Below, piece after piece: positions 36,975 through 49,339 of a stretch of 64,000 nucleotides of DNA (position 1 is its first letter; every line of letters begins with the position of its first letter). Source of the stretch: Botryllus schlosseri (lineage: Eukaryota); assembly GCA_051294905.1 (NCBI GenBank), contig CM119371.1:32428001-32492000 (forward strand), in the 5' to 3' direction. The position numbers were made by a program, and so were the translations under genes. The notes under the pieces were generated by a model, which worked only from the letters and a program-made list of their open reading frames with translations, did no database searches and had not been told where the DNA came from.

Positions 36975-38577
36975 GAATAACTGAGTTTTCGGTGAACTTG
37001 AATCCAGTGGTGCTCTATCTTTTCCGATCAGGACCTCTTTTCATCCCATAAATTTATATGTTGATATATTGTTCGTCGGTAGAAGTTATCATCTTTATAT
37101 ACCACATTTCGTTTAAAGATTCTGATTAGTACCTCCGTAGTTAATTTAGTTTCATACGTTTTCTATCTTTACACATCCGTCCTGGAGACTTAATCGGTCA
37201 ATGCATTTTGTGACAGCACTCTGCTCTTTCGTAAAACGCAAAAGTTTGCAAACAATAAACATTGTATTGCTGGTATATTATGTAGAAGAGAATTGTTCAC
37301 TCTGGTACATGACCCGAATATGTGACCCTTTAAGCTTGTTTTGAAACATTAAAAGAAACAGGAAGTCTGCTTTCCAAAGAAGAAAAGTGCTTATCATGAT
37401 AACTTGAAAGAAGTTATCATCATTAATCTCCACATGTACTTATCATGCTAATTCTTCTTCTCCAGTTTCCAGATATTGTCACATTTTATCGGAATCGAGG
37501 AAAGCTGTTTCTGAACTGTTTTTTCTTTGGGTTTATTTCCTTGATATAAAGGGATTATTTTGCATTGTCTATTATAGACAACCAGATGAATGGAGACTGC
37601 TTGTGCTTACTAACAGCTAAGCATGAAACCGGAAGTGCATGTTGCTTCACAATAGAAATAAATATGCATCGGTTCTAGGACAGTCGATCCCTCTCGACAT
37701 AGGACATTCTGTGGCCTACAACAAATACCACGTGTTCTATGCCGGAAGAGAGCCAGAGATTTGCATTCCCTAATTTCGAGGCTTTTTGTTAGTGTGTTGC
37801 ATGATTAAACGCCAATTCCAAATACAAAAAGCTTTACATTTTTGGAGGTTTCTGATTTGCCGTAATATTTTACTATGAACAAGAGTCGGTCGAAGTGACC
37901 AGCGCTAGTAAGTAACAGCGTGAGCGTAAGCGTAAGCGTAAGTAACGCCATACATTTCTTCTCAATTACAAGCAGAAGTAGTCATATCTAAGACATGTCA
38001 AAACTACTTCAAGTAGAAAACGAAATGAAAGGTCTGAGAATTATTAAAAATCAATAAATATCTAAGTACATTTGATCGGGGAGAGGGTGGTCGCTTACTT
38101 TCAACAGTTGTTTGGAGGTGGCTACATACGAAATCGCAAGATGTATCACCGCATATAACGCAAAATGACTATAATGACACCGCTCATGGGTAGGAACTTC
38201 AAAAAAATATACTCAGGTACCGTGATTCAGAGGCTATTTTACAGTTTTCTTATGACGATTTACCTCATGATAGTGGTGCAGTATTATCCCTGAACTACTT
38301 TCTACTTTACAAAAAACAAATTGCAAAAGTAATTAGTTCATCCGGAAAACAGTTCAGGTAGATGTTGAAGTAGTTGAAAAACATTGCCACTTCAGTAAGT
38401 ACTGCAAGTAGCCCGAATCTATTTGAGTGCCGCGAAAAAGTAAACATATTCAACATACATAATATCTCAGAAACGTGATTTGATGGAGCAAAATTACGTC
38501 GGATTCGTATTCAGCGCGCCCAAATAAGGTATAATTGACCCAAAGAAGTCCCGGCGCAAAAATCGTGTGGACCAGTG
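36975..38577 (+). mobile_element. Degraded Chapaev3-like (CMC) DNA transposon
   Basis: Fragments reading PDIVTFYRNR, PDEWRL and LLHN.NKY at ~37470-37670. Right end ...GGACCAGTG is followed by TTA. The left boundary is approximate. Confidence 0.5.
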
Positions 38578-39429
38578 TTATCAATGACTTAAGGCATCCA
38601 CACATTGAGCAAACACGTGCAGTGCAGTTATGCACCATACGTTTCTGTGACTTCATTCTACGCTCAGCTTGTTCCGACGCGGCACTGAAATCAATGAGTG
38701 GCACTTTATCAGGTGTCGGGATCCTGTCTGCTACACACTAAATCTGGCAATCTGGGTACTAAGCAAGCGTTGCGTATCTCAAATCTCTTCTGTTTCAAAT
38801 ACAAGCAGTCCAAAACATACGATACGGAATAGCTTGTTCAGAAATAGATACGTTAAATGGCGAGATTCGCAAGATTGCTTGCTCGTCCGATAGCAGTCGA
38901 AATAGAGAATGAAACAACAGCAACAGTGAAATATAAAGGAAAACGAGAACGGACGGCGCAACAATTAAATTAACCAATCATCAAATCAAACCAGAGCAAT
39001 TAAGAGTTGTCGTGGAGAATAACGGAATGCAAATAAGGGACGGTAACTAAAAACATGACTCGTCAAAACACAGGTAAGATGAGTGTTCTTGAGATCAAAA
39101 ATGTCTGAATCTCAAATACTTCAGATATTCAGTGCTAAACCAGCTAACAGAACCCATATGTGTAAAAATATCTGTAATATTCACTCACGTTACAAGAACT
39201 GCCGCAGAGACTTTATTAAGGGTCCAAAGGTCGAAGCGGCTAGATGCGAAAGACACAGGAACAACACAAGTCATCACTACTATAACAGGGAGCAGTATAG
39301 AGCACGGCTGTCACATATCAACTGAAATTGTACATGTGAATATCACAAAGCATTTTATCACACGTCAATGAATTTACGTCAGGAAATATTGGAGAACAAA
39401 ATTCAATAATTGGACAGAGATGATTTTTT

Positions 39430-39940
39430 TTCAGATACATGAATGTAATACATGTTAACGAGTTCACCCTTGGAGTAACCCTTCGCAGTATATGCTCTCA
39501 CCCGTACATTTCATCCATGATTGTTGATGCCAGTATGGACGTTCATATGTCACCGGAGGCGATTCTTCTGAGTAAACGCTCTCCCACATAAATCACATTT
39601 ATGATTTTTGATGCCAGCATGTATATACAAATGAAGCTTGAGGTCACCTTTCTGATAAAATGGTTTTCCACATTCATCACACTCATGAATTTTTCTGTCA
39701 GCATGTATTTCCATATGACGCTTCATGCCACCCTTCTGAGTAAATGCTTGCCCGCATACACCGCATTTATGATTTTTGATGCTAGCATGTATATTAATAT
39801 GACGCTTGCGGTATATTTTATGATTGAATACCATTCCACACACATCACATGTTTGTTTTTTGACACCAGCATGCATATCCATAGGGCGCTTGAAGCTGTC
39901 CTTCCAAGTAAATGCTTTTCCACATACACCACATTTATGT
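39430..39940 (-). pseudogene. Out-of-frame, decaying C2H2 finger tail
   Basis: Fingers continue after the frameshift. One has His to Pro (FKRPMDMH), there is a TGA at 39550-39552 inside a finger, and a further degenerate finger follows. Confidence 0.8.
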
Positions 39941-42121
39941 TTTTTTCACGCCAGCATGCATATTCATATGACACTTGAGGTGAGCCTTCTGAGTAAATGC
40001 TTTCCCACATACATCACATCCATGATCTTTGATGCCAGCATGGATATTCATATGAAGCTTGAGGCCACCCTTCTGAGTAAATACTTTCCCACATACATCA
40101 CATCCATGATCTTTGATGCCAGCATGGATATTCATATGAACCCTGAGGCTTTTCATCTGGGCTAATGTCTTCCCACATACATCACATTTAATACCTTTGC
40201 TGCCAATATGCGTTTTCATATGACAATTGTGATGAATCTTTCTAATGAATGCTTTCCCACATATCTCACATTGATGTTTTTTAACGCCATCATGAGTATT
40301 CATATGAAGTTGAAGGCAACGGTTACTAGTAAATGCTTTATCACATACATCACATATATGATTTTTGATGCCAGCATGCATTTTCATATGAAGCTTGAGG
40401 CCACCCTTCTGAGTAAATGCTTTCCCACATACATCACATTCATGATCTTTGATGCCAGCATGGATATTCATATGTGGCGTGAGTTCATGTTTACAAGTAA
40501 ATGCTTTTCCACATATACCACACTCATGTTTTTTGATGCCTGCGTGCATCTTCATATGAACCCTGAGGCTTTTCATCTGGGCTAATGTCTTCCCACATAC
40601 ATCACATTTAATACCTTTGCTGCCAATATGCGTTTTCATATGACAATTGTGATCAATCTTCCTAATGAATGCTTTCTCACATATCTCACATTGATGTTTT
40701 TTGACGCCATCATGAGTATTCATATGAAGTTTAAGGCAACGGGTACTAGTAAATGCTTTATCACATACATCACATTTACGATTTTTGATGCCGGAATGCA
40801 TCTCCATATGAATATTGAGTTCATTCTTCCTCAAAAATGGTTTACCACAAACATCACATTCATGATTTTTGACACCAGCATGCATATCCATATGAAGGTT
40901 GAGGTGGGCCTTCTGAGTGAATGCTTTCCCACATACATCACATGCATGGTTTTTGATGCCAGCATGCCTATTCATATGTTGCCCGAGGTTATGTTTAAGA
41001 GTAAATGCTTTTCCGCATACATAACATTTATGTATTTTGACGCCAGCATGCATATACATATGAGACTTGAGGCAAGCCTTCCTAGTAAATGCCTTCCCAC
41101 ATACATCACATTCATGATTTTTATTGCCAGCATGCATATCCATGTGACACTTGAGGTGAATCTTCTGAGTAAATGCTTTCCCACACACCTCACATTCGTG
41201 ATTTCTGATGCCAGCATGGATACTCACATGTTTCCTGAGGGCATTTTTCCGAGAGAATGCTTTTCCGCATACATCACATTTATGATTATCGATGCCTGAA
41301 TGCATATCCATATGAGCATTGATTTCAGCCGTTCTGATAAATGTTTTACCACATACATCGCATTCGCGATTTTTGATGCCTGAATGCATCTCCATATGAA
41401 CCTTGAGTTCATTCTTCCTCATAAATGGTTTATCACAAACATCACATATATGCTTTTTGACACCAGCATGCATATCCATATGAAGATTGAGGTCGCCCTT
41501 CTGGGTAAATGCTTTCCCACATACATCACATCCATGGTCTTTGATGCCAGCATGGATATTCATATGTTGCCTGAGGTAATGCTTATAAGTAAATGCTTTT
41601 CCACATATAGCACATTTATGTTTTTTGATGCCAGCGTGCATATTCATATGTTGCCTGAGGCTACTCTTCTCAGCTAATGCTTTCCCACATACATCACATT
41701 CATGATTTTTCATTCCTGCATGCATATCCATATGAAGGTTGAGGTGGGCCTTCTGAGTAAATGCTCTCCCACATACATCACATTCATGTCTTTTGACGCC
41801 AGCGTGCATATCCATATGATACTTGAGGTAGCTCTTCAGATGAAACGATTTCCCACATATACCACATTCATGACTTTTGATGCCAACATGCATATTCATA
41901 TGTCGCTTGAGGTCACCCTTCATAGTAAATGTTCTCCCACATACATCACATATATGAGTTTTGGTGTAGACGTTTCGAGAGAATTCTTTTTTGGCAACAT
42001 CGCATGGATCTTTCAAGTCGTGATGAATAGATAATTTTTCTGACTCCATGTCGCTCTTTTTATGGGAATGACAATGGTGTTTATTTATTACAGTGGTAAT
42101 AATATCTGTTTTCAAGTTCAA
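39935..42121 (-). CDS. Tandem C2H2 zinc-finger protein (24 fingers)
   Basis: 728-aa ORF of 28-aa repeats with AG[IV]K[NK]H[EK]C linkers. It ends at a frameshift in an A7 run. The true start or upstream exons are uncertain. Confidence 0.88.
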   Translation of the reverse strand: MNLKTDIITTVINKHHCHSHKKSDMESEKLSIHHDLKDPCDVAKKEFSRNVYTKTHICDVCGRTFTMKGDLKRHMNMHVGIKSHECGICGKSFHLKSYLKYHMDMHAGVKRHECDVCGRAFTQKAHLNLHMDMHAGMKNHECDVCGKALAEKSSLRQHMNMHAGIKKHKCAICGKAFTYKHYLRQHMNIHAGIKDHGCDVCGKAFTQKGDLNLHMDMHAGVKKHICDVCDKPFMRKNELKVHMEMHSGIKNRECDVCGKTFIRTAEINAHMDMHSGIDNHKCDVCGKAFSRKNALRKHVSIHAGIRNHECEVCGKAFTQKIHLKCHMDMHAGNKNHECDVCGKAFTRKACLKSHMYMHAGVKIHKCYVCGKAFTLKHNLGQHMNRHAGIKNHACDVCGKAFTQKAHLNLHMDMHAGVKNHECDVCGKPFLRKNELNIHMEMHSGIKNRKCDVCDKAFTSTRCLKLHMNTHDGVKKHQCEICEKAFIRKIDHNCHMKTHIGSKGIKCDVCGKTLAQMKSLRVHMKMHAGIKKHECGICGKAFTCKHELTPHMNIHAGIKDHECDVCGKAFTQKGGLKLHMKMHAGIKNHICDVCDKAFTSNRCLQLHMNTHDGVKKHQCEICGKAFIRKIHHNCHMKTHIGSKGIKCDVCGKTLAQMKSLRVHMNIHAGIKDHGCDVCGKVFTQKGGLKLHMNIHAGIKDHGCDVCGKAFTQKAHLKCHMNMHAGVKKT

Positions 42122-44869
42122 AGTGGTTATTACATATTTTCCACAATTTCTTCAGTGTATATACCGGTAAGTAGTTCTATGACAGCATGGCATGGTCTGA
42201 TAAATATGAAACTAGGAAAGTGTCGAACTAATCTTAATAAAGAGAAGCATTAGGCGGTAGAGAGCGCCATTGTCATGTTATTATATCTTGCAACAAAAAT
42301 AATATAACATATTTTTACAATTTGATCGGAATTAATCGAATATCATCAATACGAGCATCAGTTTGATCACTTTTGATCAAATCAAAATATAGTCACACAG
42401 TAACATTATAAAAAAGGTAATGAGAGAACACTATAAATTTTCAACAAATCACCCATCACCTGGCAGAGCAACGAAAAGCTAGGTGGTAAAGGTGCATCCG
42501 TATCGTCTGGTGTCGGGAACGTATGGCTGGCCTTCACAACGAAGATTTTATTGAAGTTCTCAATAACACGTTTCATATTCTTTCTCGGGCTCGCACAATC
42601 CATAGAATGTAATGTGTACGCTGCTTGCAGCAAATTATCTGTTTACCGTAGTCATTACACCTTCTAGCACAGAGGTCCTACAGCAGTGGTTCTCAAACTT
42701 TTTAGACAGCGACCCAAATCTGAGTTTTAGTGGCATCTCGCAACCCAAGTCTCACACATCAAAATTAATGCATCTAAAATATTGGTAAGCTATAGGTTTT
42801 TACGGGCATGTATGACATATAGAGAACGTATTACATAATTTTCGACGTGTCCACATTATGGGCTATGGTACCCAACATAATGATACCAGATATTTACTAA
42901 TTATTCGGGTGATTTTCGGGACCTAAAAACGGAAGATTTTGACCGTAAACATGAAAATGTTGACATTTTTCGACGTTAAAAAACCTAATTTTGAAAAAAT
43001 GTTGCCCTCATGTATATAAATTATGAGTTTTCACGCATAATGCTAGAATTGTACTACTCATCTTCATTTCTGGCTGGAACTGTCTGTCCTCACATCACGA
43101 AGTATGGTACAAAACTACAAATACAATTAAAATGTATTGTAGTACAACGGAAGATACTTTCCTACATTCTCGGGTAGAAAGTGTCTGTCCTTTGTAAGTA
43201 GCTTGTCAAGAGTGGAGAAAAAACGTTAAACAGCAGCAGTTGTGCGTACACTGCTGGTGAAAATCCGTGTTGCTTCAATGTTGTCTACATCGGTGGTTCT
43301 CAACCTCCCCCCCTCGCGGACAGGCAAAATTTCAAAAGATATGTGGCGGACCGGTGAACCTTGAAAATTGAAATCAACCCCAAATGTAATGTATGCAGCT
43401 GTTTTCCTGCAAGTATGGTACTGGAGCAGGCGTGGTAAACCTTTTTGCTCTTCACGGCCACATTTCGATCACTTATATGGCCTACGGCCGCATACCAGGA
43501 CACACAGTCGTGATGAACTACCTAGACGCGAAATACCCATGTCCATTACTGGTGAACTCCGGACTAATCGACTTTATGATATCGTCTTACCCTACGCGGG
43601 GAAATCACTATATAGTGCTCACGTTATGAATAGTTACTATGGGAACAATGATCTTGGCGCGCAACGGGAAAATTTTTTCAAATTCTCCAACGAAAATAGT
43701 CTCTCGTATTACTATTTATCCTTTCTCAGCCAATCTGATCAGATTCATCGGTAGAGTTGATGTAGGGAGTGTTTCCGAAAATTTTGGCAATTTATGAATG
43801 TTGATGCATCTTCGGGTGGGCCGATTGTTACTGTAGTCACTTTGTTTCGTGTTGTTATTTCTTGACCTCCCATCAGGATTGTCGGTATAGTGGAAAGACA
43901 TTGGAATCTACCAAACGTACCAGAAACAAATTTCTTTCGCGAGGAGCGTAGACCTATAGTTCCTAGATGGTGTTTCTATATGGGGTGCATCATTTTCCTC
44001 GGTTGTTCGTATCTGTACTGTGAAGCCCAGATTGCAAAGGGCGCTACGACAATATAATAATCGAAAAATGAAGTCGCATTGAATCACGCCTAACGCGAAG
44101 AAAGTTTCAAGTTTAATTGAAATATCTCCAAAAGTCGGGAGTCAACTCGCAAATTAAATTTTCATGTCGACGGCGGCCAACACATACTAATCGAATTACG
44201 TGTCCACGGTCGCACAAATTTCCTTCTGCGGCCGCAGGTTGGTCCTGTACTAAAGAATGACATTCTTTTCGTAATTAATGCATCTCTGGCTTGCACAATC
44301 GCCTCTGCATTGGCTTGGTGCTGCGGATATTGACTCTGGCCTACATAATCGCATCTGCAATAGTTCTGGTACGAAAGAGATAATCGCTGGCCTAACCATC
44401 GCGTCTGCGGGCCCAGCATGCGTTGGCTCCCACCCCTCGGATGGCTTGGTTGACAATATGCCGTTAAGTGTATTCTGATAAGTGATTGTGAGTAAAGAGT
44501 GACATCGCGAAACTGAATGACATCGAATGTTCGGAAACATGTGTGATTGTTTGTGCGTGCAAGCGTAATTAATTTCCACTAATACTTAATTCGAAAAGAA
44601 TTGAAACCCAGTCATTTTATTTCAAACACTGCCATCTTATTTTTCGGCTGGATACGCACCTGATCACGTGAATTTATCAAGGAGGGATTTGAGAGAGATA
44701 TCACGCCGTCCTCAATTCCAGTATAGGACACTATTATTCCAGTATCAGCTACCCGTCCTTCCAGTACTCCGAACCTATGCAGAAGAATGGTTCAAAAGGA
44801 ATGCGAAGTGTTTGAAGCTTCCGGCAAACGACCTGCCAACCTTTAGTCTCGCTACGAAGCGCTGATTAC

Positions 44870-45233
44870 TATTAGGTCCACTTCTGTGGAGGCGGAAAGA
44901 GCATTCAATGCATGCGGACTCTATGTTACAAAACTCCAGTGCCGGCTACAGGATGCCACGATTGATGCATTGTGCGTCATAAGGAGGCCGTTGCTGAAGC
45001 AGTGTACACTATATTTGCGTGATTTTTCTCGTATTCATTTGTACTGCGCGCGTATACATAGATCAATAATAACACTGTGTTATGATTTTGCAATCCATTT
45101 TTCATGCACATCTCGTGAAATCGATTGTCTCACTTAGCAGTTATTATCCGGTTAACCCGTTAGATAAATTCCAAATATACGGATATATCCGTTATCCCGA
45201 TCATAAAAATTATTGTTTTCCGAACCAACCCTA
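44870..45233 (+). mobile_element. hAT transposon 3' remnant (dimerization domain plus TIR)
   Basis: PTSVEAERAFNACGLYVTKLQCRLQDATIDALC, then ATCCG-type subterminal repeats ending CAACCCTA. Confidence 0.7.
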
Positions 45234-47233
45234 GTACAGACCAAAGAAAACGGTCATATTTCAGGAAATAGACGATCCAAGTTTTGTATGTTAGCAGACT
45301 GACGAAGTTAAATATAAATCTTCGTGTCAAATTCATGGTCGAAATACTGGCACACTATGAGTTTTTTTTACAGTTAGCAACAACTGATGTTGACATGACT
45401 AGAGTCATGGCTTCAATATAGAAACGTTTTCGGAAATACCTCAATTAAGTAGCTGCACTAAAATGAGTTGACCTGATTCGAATTTCGACGTATGCATATT
45501 TCTGAATGAGTCACGACTTGGGTGCAAATAGTCGAGTCATCTTTCAAGTCATCAGCTATAATGCTTCGAAAAACCTCACGATCAGCAGGCCTACTAAAAT
45601 CCTTTATTCCCTGGATTCGATTTCCGTTTACGGTTTGGACGTGGTAAGTTGGATCAGCATGTCGTGACAACACGGATAAAGGAAGCGATATTGGGACGCC
45701 ATGAATGTCCTTAATAATAGTAGTGACGAGCATTATAATATCAATAAACCCATGAACAAATATATTCAATCAGTTTGAAAAGAATTGAAGCAATTTCGAA
45801 GAAATCTGATAACAATTTGCAATAAATTTTTTTTTCTACATGAGTAATTTGTCTACTCGATCTGCCTTCATAGTACAAAGTTTGCAGCCATCCTGCAATT
45901 AATGATACTTTCATGGAATTGTGCTCCCAGACAGCTTTGAATAAAGCATACTTGTTAGGAGCATTCTCATCCCATTACACATATAGAAGACCGAGTAATT
46001 CGTACAGTGAGCGATGTATAGTATAATCCCGAAAGAAGCCAGGTTACAACTAATTACACGCAAGTATAAAAATAATTGAACAAAGTCCGAGGAACCAGAA
46101 CACTTTCAAAATGAGTCACCCTTGCGCACTTATGGTTCGTTACCAAGGTACCAGAATAAGAATAGTATAGAAGAGAACGAATGCAAGCCTGACATAGTCT
46201 GTAGCCTACAATATATGCAACAGTTTATCAAGGTCTCACTAATCTCTTAAGTTACATGGGAATCATCATTGTTAACAAATACGAGATCAGTATGAATCGT
46301 ATATGATATTCGAGTAAGTATCATAGTCAAAATACTGGTATACTCGGAACTTTTTGACCAGGGACAACTGATATTACAATATTGTCGATATAAAATGTTC
46401 TTTTAAATTATGCACTAGTTGCTGGCAATTACTCCTGACGAGTGTCAACCGAATATATTCAGGTTAATATCACAATAAATTTACTAGTCAGTTTTTTATT
46501 TTAGGTTTATGATAATTTTGTAGTGTAACAGAAAAAATATGCATGTTGCGTCGTGCGTATCGTGGTGCAATCAGTGCTCCTCGATGCCATAGACCAGTGG
46601 TCCCCAACCTTTTTCGACTCATCGCCCTCTTATAAAAGCTCGAAAAATTTTCATCGCCCCCCTAGAAGGTGACCCAAATTTGAGATCTATTGAGTTCTCG
46701 TGACCACCGTTCTCTCTAAGCTGCGCCCGTGCGCAATTGCGCAGTACTGACACGGAAAATCTAAGCTGCGCACGAAAAAGCCAAAAGGATGACCTTTTTT
46801 TAGTTATCACCACAAAATTAACGAGAAAAGTTGTAATTCGGCAGTCCGATCAAATTGATTACCATTTTTTATTTGTTGCGCACTGCTGACCAACGGACCG
46901 CGCAGTTAGTCGGTGAATGCGCACAGACAGGGTTTTGCCTAAACCCCAAACGTTCAACGATAAGTTAGATGGCCATTAGTGTACTATTCGGTATCATAAC
47001 AACTTATACTGTCCTCCACAAATCTGACCGCACAGGGTTATTAACGTTTTGGAAATCGTTAGAGTTACTAGTATGCTAAAAAATAAGGCTACTTCGAGAA
47101 GCAATGCTGTTGTGTTACGTCTATAAAGTAGACCAATTAAAACTACATTGGTGATCGAAAATCAACTGTATCGCTTGCTTGAGATGTCATATATAGGGTT
47201 GGCAACTGCAGGAAGGCTCTGGAAGTCATAAGC

Positions 47234-48075
47234 CAGTGGTTCTTAACCTTTTTCATATCGTTACCCCCAAGAGGAAATTGACGGGATGCAATTACCTCTT
47301 TTCCAAAAATAACAAATTACAACTTGCGCTCAATCAATTGTAAAACAGCACAAATATGACGTCATAATGACGTGAAATCTAAACAAAGGAAATGATAATA
47401 GCCAGCATCCCATGTTATTGTCAATCGCAAACTTATTTCGTTTTGATAGATACCATTGTAGAAAATCCTACTTCACTGCAATAAGTTGAAGGAAGTTCAA
47501 TCATAAAGTTCAATGCCATTATGTCAAAAATTGCTTATTCATTTTGAAGGCATGTTAAAGATTGGTTATTCATTTGGAAGGCGAGCCCAGAAGCTTCCAA
47601 AATTTTCCCCTTATTTCTTCGAAGGTAATTTGATGATTTCAGACTTAATTTTACTGACTATACTAGATCACTACACTTTTCAATACTAACAACTATGTTT
47701 CTACAATATTAATTTATTACTGCATTATGGGTGTAAAGCTGAACTTAGACGCCCCTTACTGTCTTTCAATTTACCAGCATGCCCAACAATATGTGATCCG
47801 CCCTGCTGCAAAATAAATTGGACCTATACTTAGCACACTCGGCCCTGTTATTCATAATTACTAATGGCTACTATGATATCACAGCAGGCCTGGCGTATTC
47901 AGTGAAACGAAATACATACAAGCTGGAAAAATATATGTTGGCATACATTCACATTTACCTTTGAAAATACTTCAGGTTCAGGTATATAAGTATATAAAAC
48001 GTCAATTTGAATTACCCCCCCAAAATTGGTAAATTACCACTTTGGGGGTAATTACCCCCAGGTTAAGAACCCCTG
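47234..48075. mobile_element. hAT MITE
   Basis: CAGTGGTTCTTAACC / GGTTAAGAACCCCTG, TSD TCATAAGC/TCATAGGC. Confidence 0.85.
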
Positions 48076-48194
48076 TCATAGGCTATATTTCATAACATAA
48101 TAGCTTACCGAACTGACTGTAACATAACCAAATTATCCTCATCGTTCGAAATGTCTTTACATCTTAATAGAGATCAGATAAAATGATTGGGAAA

Positions 48195-48265
48195 ATGAGT
48201 GGCGCAGTTGGTTAAACACTGCAGTCACGACACCAATGGTTGCTGGTTCGAGTCTCGGCTCTGCT
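48195..48265 (+). mobile_element. tRNA-derived SINE head or tRNA pseudogene (Pol III A and B boxes)
   Basis: A box TGGCGCAGTTGG at 48200-48211 and B box GGTTCGAGTC at 48245-48254 with tRNA-like spacing. No intact acceptor stem. Confidence 0.6.
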
Positions 48266-49339
48266 ATGTTTCTATGTGTCGGAGGTTTATATGGGCTCCT
48301 CTTCGCCGATCGCGCTTTACTTCCAGCGCCTTGAAAAGCTCAGAGAGAGAGAGAGCCGAACTCCAGAAAGATGGCAAAAAAAAGACTAGGTTGCGGGCGC
48401 ATGAAAATCGAACGAGACTGATGGTGGAAGAGCGCGTGCGTGGACGTCGTCCTTGATAGTTGAAGAAAATCGAACGAGCAAAACTAGTGCCAACGTGCCA
48501 GACTCGAAATTCTGGTGCCAACTAACGTGAAAATGTGCCAATATTCATAAATTTGGCCCCGATATGCGCCAATTTGCAACACTGGATACTTTGCAACGAC
48601 ACATTAAGGAGCAGTATTAACAGAAAGTGTTCGTGCTTGCTGGCTCACGCAGAAACAGCTGATATTTGATTAATTATGATGTAACAGCAGCGGTGTATCC
48701 ATTGAGAATAAACGACCGTCAATGACCGGATGGTACGAGGTTGGTAGACTTCATAAACAAGTAAAATAGGTGTAATAGGAGGCAAATTTACGGGACTTGA
48801 AATTCATTTCAGGTATCGCAGGCTGGAATGGGTCAAGTATTGAGCCACTTTTCTATCATCGTCGATCTCACATAAATTGAACTGAGCAATAAACCAAGCA
48901 CATATTGAATCATTATTTGACTGAAAGTTCTATCGTTTTCGCCCCCTATCGCCCCCTTGTCCGTTTTCGCCCCCCTATCGCCCCCATCGTTATTTTCGCC
49001 CGCTGGATCACCAAATCGCCCCCTGGGAGGCTGTATCGCCCACGCTGGGTACCACTGCCATGAACCATATATTCCTTAATTGCGATTGTGCTATTTTCCC
49101 AATGCAAAATACCCCACATACCAAATTACCTGGAAAGCTGGATGAGCCTGACTAACAGGACCGTGTAGCAGCACTTCGTCAGCCACCGGAAATGTTGGTT
49201 TCGCCCCCCCCATAGGGCGATAAACCGAAGTATTCCTTTAGTGGCATACAATTTTTCTCTACGGGGTAGCACTTGTCCTGTCGGGTCCAGATCGCCAGAA
49301 AGGGAACATTCAACTCCAACCGTTGATGCGCATATGGAC

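Larger units (their letters stand above)
46595..49057. mobile_element. hAT MITE with multiple nested insertions
   Basis: CAGTGGTCCCCAAC / GCTGGGTACCACTG, TSD CCATAGAC/CCATGAAC, ATCGCCCC repeats. Removing it restores colinearity with ~54300-54440. Confidence 0.75.

Noticed and set aside
48195..48265. Functional tRNA gene
   Set aside because: A and B boxes are present but the acceptor stem does not pair and the anticodon arm is poor, so it is treated as a SINE head or pseudogene.
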